NCBI GenBank assembly: GCA_002104945.1
Contig: MCFH01000111.1
Span: forward strand, 1 to 45,100
Direction: 5' to 3'
Source: Piromyces finnis finn
Lineage: Eukaryota > Fungi > Neocallimastigomycota
Length of the DNA: 45,100 nucleotides
In this document: positions 34,487-45,100 of the stretch, piece after piece
Position numbering within the stretch: position 1 is the first letter of the stretch
Layout of the letters: every line of letters starts with the position of its first letter
Position numbers and translations under genes: made by a program
The notes under the pieces: generated by a model
What the model saw: only the letters and a program-made list of their open reading frames with translations
What the model was told of the DNA's origin: nothing
Database searches by the model: none

Positions 34487-37400
34487 ATGGAAGGACAAAT
34501 ATTTGATAACGCCTCACTAAAAGACGGTTTCGCAGGAGACAGAAAATATCTCAAAGGTTTCTTAGCCAAAATAGAACTTGTTTTTCTCCTTTATCCCGAA
34601 AGATATCAAGATGAAGAGAGCAAGGTTATCTACCTGATTTCTCGCCTTTATGGAAATGCATTAAATTGGGCCGCTACGCTTATTGACAACCATGATCCAT
34701 GTCTGACCAACTACCAAGCATTCAAGGAAAGACTAAAGGCATTCTACGGGAACAATGATGCAGTCTACGTAGCCAATCAAATGCTACGTACTCTCAAGCA
34801 ACATCGTTTGGGCGGCATCAGAGGATACATCCTTGAATTTAACAAATACTCTGATGAATCTAACTGGAATGAAGAGGCTAAGATGGATGCTTTTATCGCT
34901 GGGCTCAACCAAGAAGTTGCAATGAAGATATTAGAGATGTTCCCAGGACCAAGAGATTTGTTTTCCCTCCAAACTATTGCAGCTAGAATAGACTCCAGAC
35001 TTGCTACCAGGGGATTATTTTTTGACAAAAATACTAAGGGACCAAGTTCTAATTCCAGCAATGGCTCCAGAAAGGCTTCCACAAATCTAAAAGAACATCC
35101 CAAGAAGAAAAGATACTTTGGTCCGTTATCCAAGGAAGAAAAAGAAAGAAGAAGTAAGGAAAACTTATGTGTCTATTGTGGATCTCCAGGACACCAACTG
35201 AAAGATTGTCATAAGAGAAGAAATAAAAACTCAGCATTCGAATCTTTAGTTTCTCTACAAAATAATTCTACCAATTCCAAGAAAAATCAACAAGATAGGG
35301 TAACCTCAAATTTTAAATTATCGTTTGAACTAGACACAAAAATTCTTATAGACTCCGGTTCTACACTTAATCTAATAGATGTCGACTATTGCAACGATCA
35401 CAATATTCCCTACCACTATGAAGAAGATTTACCCAACGTATTCGGTATTGGTGGTAGCCAAAAACTGTTCGGAGTTACTCCACTTCTTAATCTTCGCTAC
35501 ATGGATCACCTATGCCGTACTGTCTTTTACGTTACTGATCTACCTGTATATCCTTGTATTCTAGGTCTACGTTGGCTTAAGGAACATAATCCAAGTATTG
35601 ACTTTGAAAATAATAAATTATCCTTTGGTTCTTCATATTGCTTGGATCATTGTATGACTCTCCCTTCGAATGTTCCCGAATTCCATCAGGAAACTTCTGT
35701 TTTTTCTACTGATTGCAATAACTCTTCTTCCGTTTCTTTGCCTATTTTTATTGACAAACCTAAATCTTCTTTTTCAAATTCTAAGTTATCTCATTCTCGT
35801 AATCCCAAAGAAAATCGTTCTAAATCTGTCTTAATTAACAATGAATCTGTTAACGATCCTTTATCACAAGAGACTTGTACTGTCATGGCTTCTAATATAT
35901 CTCTTTCTAAAGTTGATTCTTGTTCACCAAAAAACTCTTTTAAAGACTCAAATCCTACTACTAAACTTCCGAAGGAATTAGAATCATATATGGACGTCTT
36001 TAGCGAATCTTCTGCTGCTCAATTACCACCTCATCGTCCTTATGATTGCCAAATAAACCTAATCGAAAATGCCAAGCTATTTTATGGACCAATCTACCCA
36101 CTAACAGACGAAGAAACAAGAGTTTTGAAGGATTATATCGATGAAAACCTCAAAAAGGGTTTCATTAGGAAATCCAAATCTCCTGCTGGTGCGCCTGTAC
36201 TTTTCGTTCCTAAAAAGAATGGTGAACTCCGTCTTTGTCAAGATTATAGGGAACTCAACAAAATTACCATTAGAGATTCCTATCCTCTACCTCTGATTCA
36301 AGATATGCTAGAGCATCTTGGTAAAGCGAAAATCTTCTCAAAATTGGATTTACGATCAGCATATAATTTGGTCCGAATCAAAAAGGGTGATGAATATAAA
36401 ACAGCTTTCACCTGCAAATTCGGCCACTTTGAATACCTGGTAATGCCATTCGGACTGAAAAACGCCCCGGCTGTTTTTCAGCATTTTATCAATGATGTTC
36501 TGGAAAATATTCTAGGGATTTTTGTTTATTCATATATTGACGATTTAATTATTTTTCTGAAAACCATAAATCCACATTAAGCACGTTATCGAAGTCCTGG
36601 GATCGCTTAAGAAATGCTGGTCTTTTGCTAAGCTTGAAAAGTGTGAATTCTTTGTTTCCTCTATTGATTTCCTTGGTCATCGGATATCCTCTGAAGGTAT
36701 ACATATGGACCCCAATAAAGTTTCTGCTATTATTAATTGGCCAGTTCCGTCCAGTGTCAAGGAAGTTCAATCTTTTTTGGCCTAGCCAACTACTATCGTC
36801 GGTTTATTCCTAATTTGCCAAAGTTGCACCAACCCCTTCACAGACTACTTCGTAAAAACGTTAAATTTGATTTTTCCTCTGAAGCTCTTGATGCATTTAA
36901 TACCATTAAATCATTAATTTCATCTGCTCCCATCCTGTCTCACCCAAATCGTGATCTTCCCTTTATTGTTGAAACCGACTCTGCAACTTTGCTATAGGAG
37001 CAGTTCTGTCTCAAAAATCTCCTGATGATAAAATGATCCATCCTGTCGCTTTCTATTCAAGATCTTCTTACTTCCGCTGAAAGAAACTATCCTATATACG
37101 ATAAAGAACTTTTAGCTATTGTTAATGCTCTTGAAACTTGGCGACATTTTTCTCAAAGGTGCTTTAACCCCGTTTACTATTTATTCAGATCATCGAAACT
37201 TACTATATCAAAAGAAACCGGAAAAAATGTCACAACGTCTTGTTCGTTGGGCCCTTTTCCTTTCCGAATTTAACTTTAAAATTCTCTACCGCTCTGGTTC
37301 ATCTAATGGTAAACCTGATGCGCTTTCACGAAGACCTGATTATATGGATTTCTCTCTTCCTTCTGATGCTCCTTTTTCGGTTTTTACGCCCTGAGAATTT

Positions 37401-38855
37401 CTGCGCTTTGATTTGTTCCATTTCTTCTCTTAATGATGAAATATTATCTGAATATGTGAACGACTCTTTTTACATTGACATTTGCAATTTTCTTGAAATA
37501 AGAATCTCCCAGCTCCACATCCACAAAGTAATAAATTCTCCCTTAGTAATAGTTTTCTTCTTTTTGATAGTAGAATCTATGTCCCTTTAAAATGCCGTCC
37601 CTCCGTTTTGAAACTCTGTCATGATTCCCCCTCTGCCGGTCATTTTGGTATCCGCAAAAACTATTTCTTTGATCTCTCGTGACTTTTGGTGGCCATCCAT
37701 TTCTATTGATGTTAAGAATTATATCCGATCTTGCGAGATTTGTTGCCGCTCCAAGCCTTCTCGTCATAAACCATATGGTTTACTTCAAACCCCTTGAGAT
37801 TAGTGACCATCCTTGGGCTTCTATTTCTATGGATTTCATTACTGACCTCCCTCCTTCGGATGGGATTTAACACTATTCTTGTTGTAGTTGACCGCCTTAC
37901 TAAAATGTGCCACCTCATTCCCTTTAAAGGTATTCCTTCTGCTTCTGATACTGCTTTTGCTTTTTTGAATTATATTTTCAAAATTCACGGTCTCCCTCTG
38001 GAAATTATTTCCGATAGAGGCGCGCAATTCACTTCGAAATTTTGGAAATCTATTTGTCAATCTTTGGACGTCAATGTTAAATATTCTTCACCATATCATC
38101 ATCAATCCAATGGCCAAACGGAGAGGGTAAACTCCGTTGTTGAACAATATTTAAGATGCTTTTCTAATTATAAAGGAACAAACTGGATCAACTTTCTTCC
38201 ATTGGCAGAATTCAGTTACAATAATGCTGTTCAAGACTCAACAAAATTCTCACCATTCTTCCTAAATTATGGTTATCACCCAAAATACTCTCCGGTAATT
38301 CCTGACCAAACGAATGTTCCAAGAGCTGAAGAGTTTACAAGAGACTTTGAAGACCTAATGGAGAAACTAAAAGAAAACTTTAAAGAAGGCCATCCAAGTT
38401 CAAAAGAAATATGCCGACAAGTATAGACAGAACCTCCGACATTCAAGACTGGTGACAAAGTATGGTTGGATAGCTCCTTGATAATTCATAAAGGAAATAA
38501 AAAATTTAATCCTAGGAAACTTGGCCCGTTTAGGATAATTAGTAAAATCTCTAATCTCACTTATAAATTAGAATTACCAAAATCGCTGAAGATTTACCCA
38601 ATTGTTTCATGTTTTCAAACCTAGAACCGTATTATGAAGATAGTTTTGGAAGAATCAAAGATCCACCTCCACCTATAATAGTAAATGAAGAAGAAGAATA
38701 CGAAGTAGAAGAAATACTTGATAAAAGAAAGCATTATGGGAAGATTCAATATCTAATAAAATGGAAAGGTTATCCGCTTTCAGAAAGCATCTTGGGAACC
38801 TGAAAGTAATTTAAACTGCGATGAACTAATTAAAAACTTTAATAATTCACATTAG
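34487..38855 (+). CDS. gag-pol: Gag-PR-RT-RH-IN-chromodomain polyprotein of E (frameshifted as assembled)
   Basis: Retrotrans-gag-like N-terminus; CVYCGSPGHQLKDC knuckle; IDSG; YIDD; ETDSA; DFITDLP/SDRG/TERVN; chromodomain EYEVEEILDKRKHYGKIQYLIKWKGY..WEPESNL. Confidence 0.93.
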
Positions 38856-38955
38856 TAATAGTTATTAATTTAAAAAAAATTAGTAATTGATAAGAGAAAA
38901 GAGAATAGAAAATAGAAAATAGAAAATGAAAAATATATTTATAATTTAATATTCA

Positions 38956-38988
<33 letters not shown>

Positions 38989-39088
38989 TTTTCAAAATGT
39001 ATTCACTCGTTTCAATTATTTCTTTTATAATAAAGTAACAAATAAATTTAGTTGATTCGTCTGGTATCCGAATCCTGGAGGAGGACCA

Positions 39089-39498
39089 TGTAACGAATCA
39101 TAGAAATTAGTAACCTGTCTTAGTGGTTAGTAACTAAGACCTTGGTTTGAACTACTCGAGTTCGAAACCTCATTAATATCTTTTTTTTATTATTAAAATA
39201 TTTTATAACGAAATTTTACCAAAGAAGATAATTTCTGATTGGCTTAAAAAATTAAGTTGTAAAATTTTTATAAATTTACTTTTAAAAACATTTATATAAA
39301 TACGAGTGAAATTTCTCAAAAAATTATTTGGAATTCGAGTTTTTATTAACAAAGAAATTTTATAATAAAAAATAAAATTATTAAACACTAACCTGTTATA
39401 ATTTTGTTAAGTGTTCAATAATAAAATTTTTATTTGCTTTTATTATTTTCCTTTTTTATATATTTGTGTTTTTATTTATTGAACATTAGTTCTTTACA
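39089..39498 (+). repeat. 3' LTR of E
   Basis: Copy of 33382-33790. Confidence 0.95.
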
Positions 39499-41220
39499 AT
39501 ATCTCGAGGTTTGCTTCTTGCATTTATTTCAGCTACTAGTTGGTTCTGACTGTAGTAACTGTTATTGACCGTCGTTTGACTTGCCATAGCCTTAGGTAAT
39601 GGGTTATTTCCCATACTAGAAGGTCCTTGCCTTGGTTGGAAGCTAGAACTTCTTCTAAAGCTTGACTTATTTAAGGATTCACGACGTTCTTTAGTACCAT
39701 TATTGTTTTTTGCGTAAGCCTGAGTGTTGGTCTGCTCACTTTAGGCTTATTATTTGGCTTGTTGTTCTTCTGCTTCAACTCAGCCCATCTAGATGGCCTA
39801 CATGGGTCTGTAATGTCCAACAATGCCATAATAGTGGTCTGGCGGTCTCTTTTGTCGTACTTTTCTATGGTTTCATTACGGAAGACTGCTTGGTGATCAT
39901 CGCACTTTAACAAGACTTCACTTAATGTTTCCAGCGTACGTTCCTGTTCAGGGATATCATAGAACGCTTCCCTGACAGAAGGCCTGACCTGTTGTATTAA
40001 CACCTGTCTCCTAACATTTTTCAGGAGCCCAAGTGTTTCCGTCAATTCATTGAACTCTTCCAAGTAATCGTATGCTTTTCCCCACTCATGTGTGAGCTTA
40101 AGCAACTTTGACTTGCAGAGTTCATGGGGAGACTCTGGTGGAAACTTATCTTGAAGGTGGAGGAATAGTCTTTCAGCATCAGGATTCCTACGCTGCAACA
40201 TCCTCTCTCTAAGTCTATACCATCTCAATACTTCCCACCTAGATGATCTTCAATGAAGCTAACCTTTGCCTTTTCGTCGTTACCATAGTCATATGGGTAA
40301 CGTTTGAAATGACGTAAGCACTTCTCTTGAAAACCCTCTAAGTCTATCCCATTATTATCAAACATAGGCACTTTTTCTTCATACCTATGTACTCGCCAGT
40401 CGAACATCTTTACGTCCCCATCCTCGGAGTATTCCGTAGGGTTGGTGCTACTACTAGTTCCAGCACCATGAGGATTACCCATACCACCGGTTTGATAGGA
40501 TGTTCTTTCATGAGCTCTGGCTTCAGCTCTTCTGTTCATGGCTTCGACTTTAGCCTCGAAACAATTTTTCTCTTTCTTCTAGAGCGTTTCGTTGCTCCCT
40601 CAATCTGGCCATCTCTTCTTCAAGCTCTTTTTTATAAGAGACAAAGGCACTAGATTGGCGGTACAACGTTTCTTGGTTGTTTAGCACTTGCTGGTGGTCT
40701 TGTAACCTTTCCTCATGTTCTGCAGTAAAGGCATTTTCCACAGCATGCAGCTCTTCCAAGCTAACTTGGCTAGCCGACTCATTAGCTTCCAACCTTTGAT
40801 CCACTTCAACAAATTTTTGCTGAAGAGCATCGTTTATCTCGCTCTTGTAAACCTCAATACCACGAAGTTGTTCTTCCATAGCACCCAGACGGTTTCCCAT
40901 ACTAGCAAACTGGCTAGATATTTCCGAAACCCATCTATTAATAGAACTTTAATGTGTTGCATTGGGTTTACCTCACTATTATTAGTAAAAAGAAAGAAGG
41001 ATCAACAGGGGCGGGCATAGAATCCCCCTGTTGAACCTGTAAATTCTGATTAGATTCGACCTCAGTGCTTTCGAGAAGCACCGGGGTTCGAACCCGTGAC
41101 ATTCCCTCTACACCATCCATGCCATCCGCGCTCGCCGCGTCAGGACGGGTCCCGTCCCTTACGAATTGATGTTTTTTGTGTCCAATTTATGGACACCTCG
41201 AGGGTTAGGCGACTTACCTG

Positions 41221-42253
41221 TGTCACGAATACTAGTGAAATTACAATTTCAAGATCACTTGGAATTGTGAAATCACTTATGAAAATTCAAAATCAAACAA
41301 ATAGTTTATTTTCAAATAAATTATAAAATTTTATTAAGAAATATTTAAAAATTTAGGAAAGGTTAAAATATGACCTTAACCCTTAATAATTTTTATAATA
41401 AATAACTTTAACCCTTATCGTTAAAATGGAATAAGAAAAAACACGCGTATCTCCTCAACGAATGGACGATTTTTGAATAAAAAATTTTGGTTATAATTAC
41501 GTTCGTTAGAAAGCCACGCTCGAGACAAACAACATATCTTAAAATCAGGTCAATATCTCTGCTGGTTCACGAGATATTCCAATTTAAAGATATTTTGTTA
41601 GCAATGATTAATTGTTTATTCAGAGAATGATCACCCCTGATTATATCAAACATAAATCATTCACTCAAAGTATAAAAAATTATTGTTTAATTAAATTAAA
41701 ATTATTTTCCGGAACTAATTAACTTTATTTTATAATAATTATTTCAATAACATAATTTATAATCTTTGAATTAAAAGATTATAATTTTAATATTATATTC
41801 AATGAATTATATTATAATTAAGAAATAATTAATATTATAAATATATAAACAATAGTTATTTTTAATAATTAGTAGTAAGTCTTAAGTTTAGCCTTAGTAT
41901 TATAAATATATTATGAATATAATCATGTACTAAAAAGTTATTTTAGTATTAAATGTTAAAATTATAAATAGTATAAATAGTTTAGAAATAGTTTTATGAA
42001 TTAAAATCTTTGTAAAGATTATTATCTTATTAATACTTAATAAGTATTACTATTAAATAATCTTATTATTATATATATTCTTTAAATAAAATAAAAGGAA
42101 TTATTTTAACTATAATACATAATTTAATTATTCATTTATAAATCAATTAAGATTATTTAATAAAACATTTTTTTTCTAACCTAGTTATCTTTTAACCTTT
42201 TTATTTAATTTAATATTTTAATATTAAATTATAAGTTTAGTAAAACTTTTACA
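41221..42253 (+). mobile_element. LTR family C (C2)
   Basis: TGTCAC...TTTTACA; homologue of 13103-14135; interrupts D2 gag at its fourth codon. Confidence 0.85.
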
Positions 42254-43007
42254 TTAATACGTATTTAAAATAATGTATAATGTATTAAATTAATGTACCG
42301 TAAATTTCCATAAAATTTATATCACAATACATTAACATAAATTTATGTAAAATATAATTTTATGATAAGATAAAGTTTTTGATGATAAAATAAATTTTAA
42401 ATTAAATAAATTTTAACCAATAAATATTTTAGATAATAAAAAATTTTTTTTATAAACTAAGCCTCAAAATTAGAATAAATAAATTGAATATATGTTTGAA
42501 ATATAATCAACCCATATAGTAAATAAATCAAAACTTTATTTTAAGTTTAGAAAATTCTGTAGTAAATAAATTGAATTTAAATAGTTTAATACAAATAATT
42601 TCTTTTAATAAATGTATAAATGTAAACAATGTAAAATTATAATATTAAAAACATGTATATTAGAATTTATTCAATTTATTTAAAAAGTATAAATAAAGAA
42701 AATTTTTCAACTATTGAAAGGATAGTTGGAAAATCGTATAGGTTAATTTAGTATAGATAAATTAACATTAGTTTATAGTTTAGATTAATAATTTTAGTTT
42801 TAAATAAAATAAATTGATTACCTAGTGAGGGCTCTGGTAAAATATCCTTCACGGTAAGTAATCAACGGTTGTTTTAGTTTAGTTATTTTAAAATAATTTA
42901 ATAAATAAAATATAAAAAATTAAAAATAATTTAAAGTGTAGTTTAGAATATTGAGTGTATACAAACCTGAACTTAGTTTAGAATATTTTACACTTAGAGA
43001 GAGAGAT

Positions 43008-43621
43008 TGTAAAGATATCAAACGCCTCTGTTTGATATCTTTAATGTAACTTAAGCCACAAGTATTATTGTTTAAGCTATACAATTTATATTACAGAAAA
43101 AGAAAATGAGACATAATTTATTTATTAATAATTAAAGTTTGAAACAAAATAAATTATTTAATTTATTTTTAATGTTTTACAAATAAATTAAATTTCTCAA
43201 TTTAATTTCTTAGTTTTAGTATTGTTTTTGATAGAAAAAGATGAATAGTATATAAATAATAAATGATTAATATATAAATAATACATGGGCGCATATTCAA
43301 ATTGAATAGTACTTAATTTGAATTGCCTATTTAAATTTTACTAAAATAGTTATAGTTTAAATATTTTATTAATAGTTAAGATTTTAGTGTAGGTTTTAAA
43401 TAATAATATATTTTAAATAAATAGTTATAATATAATATAAATGTATTTAGGAAAAGTATAAATAGAAGATGTTTTTTCATCATTTTATCAATGTAATTGT
43501 TATTATTAAAAATTCTATTATAATAAAAGACATTTTTTATAAAACAATTTTTATTTTAATTATAGTGTTATTGTAAAGAATAGATATCCTAATCTATTCT
43601 TTCAGTGTTTCAACATTTACA
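43008..43621 (+). mobile_element. LTR family A (probable 3' LTR)
   Basis: TGTAAAG...TTTACA, preceded by the purine tract AGAGAGAGAGAT; homologue of 1-691. Confidence 0.75.
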
Positions 43622-44209
43622 ATATCAAAGTTAAGAAATGAAATTTGGATAAATATTTAAATTAATGGATAATTAAATTTAAATATTTTAAATATTCAAA
43701 TTAAATCTTAAAAAGTTTTTATTTAATTAAAATTAGTTTAATAACTTTAGCGTAGTTTTAAAATAAGTTTTTTTTAATAAGAAATATATTATAAATAGTA
43801 TTATTAATATTAAAATAATATATAAATAATACATGGACTGTATTCAATTTGCAGTTTACTCAAATTGAATCAAAAGTGTGTTTAATTTGTTTTAGTTTAT
43901 TTTTATTATTTTATTATTTAATTAAATTAGTATTAAATTAGTTTTATTTATTTTATATTGAATATATGTATAATTGAATGAAAAATATATGTAATGAATG
44001 TAAATGAAAAAACATATAAATAAATGTATTTTTTCCAAATTTTAAATAAACGTAGTTGTTATTGACTATTATATAGTTAATAACTTTTTTTAAGAGAAAT
44101 ATAGATTGAAAAATTTTATTCAATAATTTTAGTGTTTAATTTTTTTTTTTTATAATTTTTGTGTTTTATTGTAAAAATAATAATCTGTTTTTAACATTAT
44201 CATTTTACA
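43622..44209 (+). mobile_element. LTR family B, 3' part
   Basis: Reverse complement of 3248-3836; ends TTTTACA. Confidence 0.7.
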
Positions 44210-44489
44210 ATAATATTTTTAAATTAATACAAATACAAGATTCCCAATTTTTTGGGATAATTTCTCATATTTATAATTTTTTGAAATTAATTAAAAAAGA
44301 AGAAAAAAATAAAATATCTAGATTGGATTAATGAATTAGAAAATTTTAATTTCATGAAAGTTCTAGATTAATAATATAATAAAATTTAAAATTAAAATTT
44401 AATTATTTAAAAAATAGTTGTGATATGTAGTGAACCAAAAACATTTAAGTCGTGGTCGAAAACCTAACCAAAATGCCATTAACTTATAA

Positions 44490-45100
44490 CAAGTAATGAA
44501 TTTTATCAATTAAAAATCGGAACAGTGTATATTTTCAATAAATCAAATAAGATATCGCATGTATTATAAGAATATATGTGGATGACATGATAATCATAGG
44601 AAAAAAAAAATGAAATAAATTTTATAAGTAAAATTTAATCAAAATTTAAAATTTCCAACTGTGAACCAGCCAAATATATTTTAGGAATTATAATTAAAAG
44701 AAAACTTAATTTGATTACAAACGATATATAAAAGTGTTTTAGGCTCATTAATATATTTAGCGAAATGTAAACGTCCTAATATTTCATTTCAGTACATAAA
44801 GCAACGAGGCAGTGTGAAAAACCAAATGTTAGTGATTGGAAAAAGGTAATCAATATTTTAAAATACTTAAATACAACTAAATATTTCAAATTAATGTATA
44901 AAGGAAAGGAAAAAATCCATGCATATTCTGATTCTGATTTTTCTGGAGATAACGAAGATCGAAATCAACTTCAGAGCATATAATTCTAACGGGAAATTCA
45001 CCAATTTGCTGGTACTCTAAAAAAAATGATTATAGCAACATTAACCACTAAAGCTGAATATATTAGTACATCTGAGTGTGCTAAAAAGGTACTTTGGATA
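44490..45100 (+). pseudogene. pol: Ty1/copia RT-RNase H remnant with internal deletions
   Basis: SEQCIF, IYVDDMIIIG (YVDD at 44575-44586), KISNCEPAKYILG, AYSDSDFSGD..DR, SPICWYSKK, AEYI motifs; frameshifted. Confidence 0.88.

Larger units (their letters stand above)
33382..39498 (+). mobile_element. Full-length chromovirus, family E, 5-bp TSD ATATC
   Basis: LTRs 33382-33790 and 39089-39498 (TGTAAC..TTTACA); ATATC at 33377-33381 and 39499-39503; PPT GGAGGAGGACCA before 39089; removing E restores D2. Confidence 0.97.
29301..41220 (-). mobile_element. Family D copy D2 (inverted), interrupted by E; 5' end cut by LTR C2
   Basis: Minus-strand frames reproduce D1 IN/RH/RT (29550-33381) and gag (39499-41220) with many indels; partial 3' LTR 29301-29549. 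Confidence 0.93.

Noticed and set aside
23522-41326. Short antisense ORFs over D1, D2 and E (e.g. 27749-28159, 30467-30787, 34777-35133)
   Set aside because: Shadow frames of GC-richer gag-pol with no independent motifs
13103-42253. Inversion of 14-41 kb by recombination between inverted LTRs C1 and C2
   Set aside because: Swapped-flank TSD test fails (tatgt vs caggt; aacca vs ttaat)

Overview
Extremely AT-rich eukaryotic DNA with no recognisable host protein-coding gene. AT content, microsatellite types and retroelement proteins suggest an anaerobic gut fungus (Neocallimastigomycota), but this is inference. The window holds a tRNA gene cluster (9 tRNA loci: Met, Ser, 2x Trp, 2x Arg, Glu, a Glu pseudogene, Gly) embedded in nested LTR retrotransposons. 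These are: two tail-to-tail copies of a single-ORF Ty3/gypsy family ('D', 22791-29252 + and 29301-41220 -); a complete chromovirus ('E', 33382-39498, TSD ATATC) nested in the second D copy; older gypsy and copia remnants; and many solo or partial LTRs (labels A, B, C, D', F, G, H are mine). Main discovery candidate: family D LTRs start 11-12 nt upstream of two different tRNA genes in the same divergent orientation, suggesting a Ty3-like tRNA-targeting retrotransposon. D also has a Tf1-type self-priming PBS, an integrase-core loop insertion and a divergent chromodomain-like tail. Other signals: two kinds of probably dicistronic tRNA genes (Ser-Met, Glu-Arg), a multi-stem RNA with a possible pseudoknot in the E leader, and LTRs inserted precisely at other LTR termini. 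Many frameshifts between 28 and 41 kb look like consensus indel errors. All alignments were done by eye; ends of degenerate repeats are approximate.
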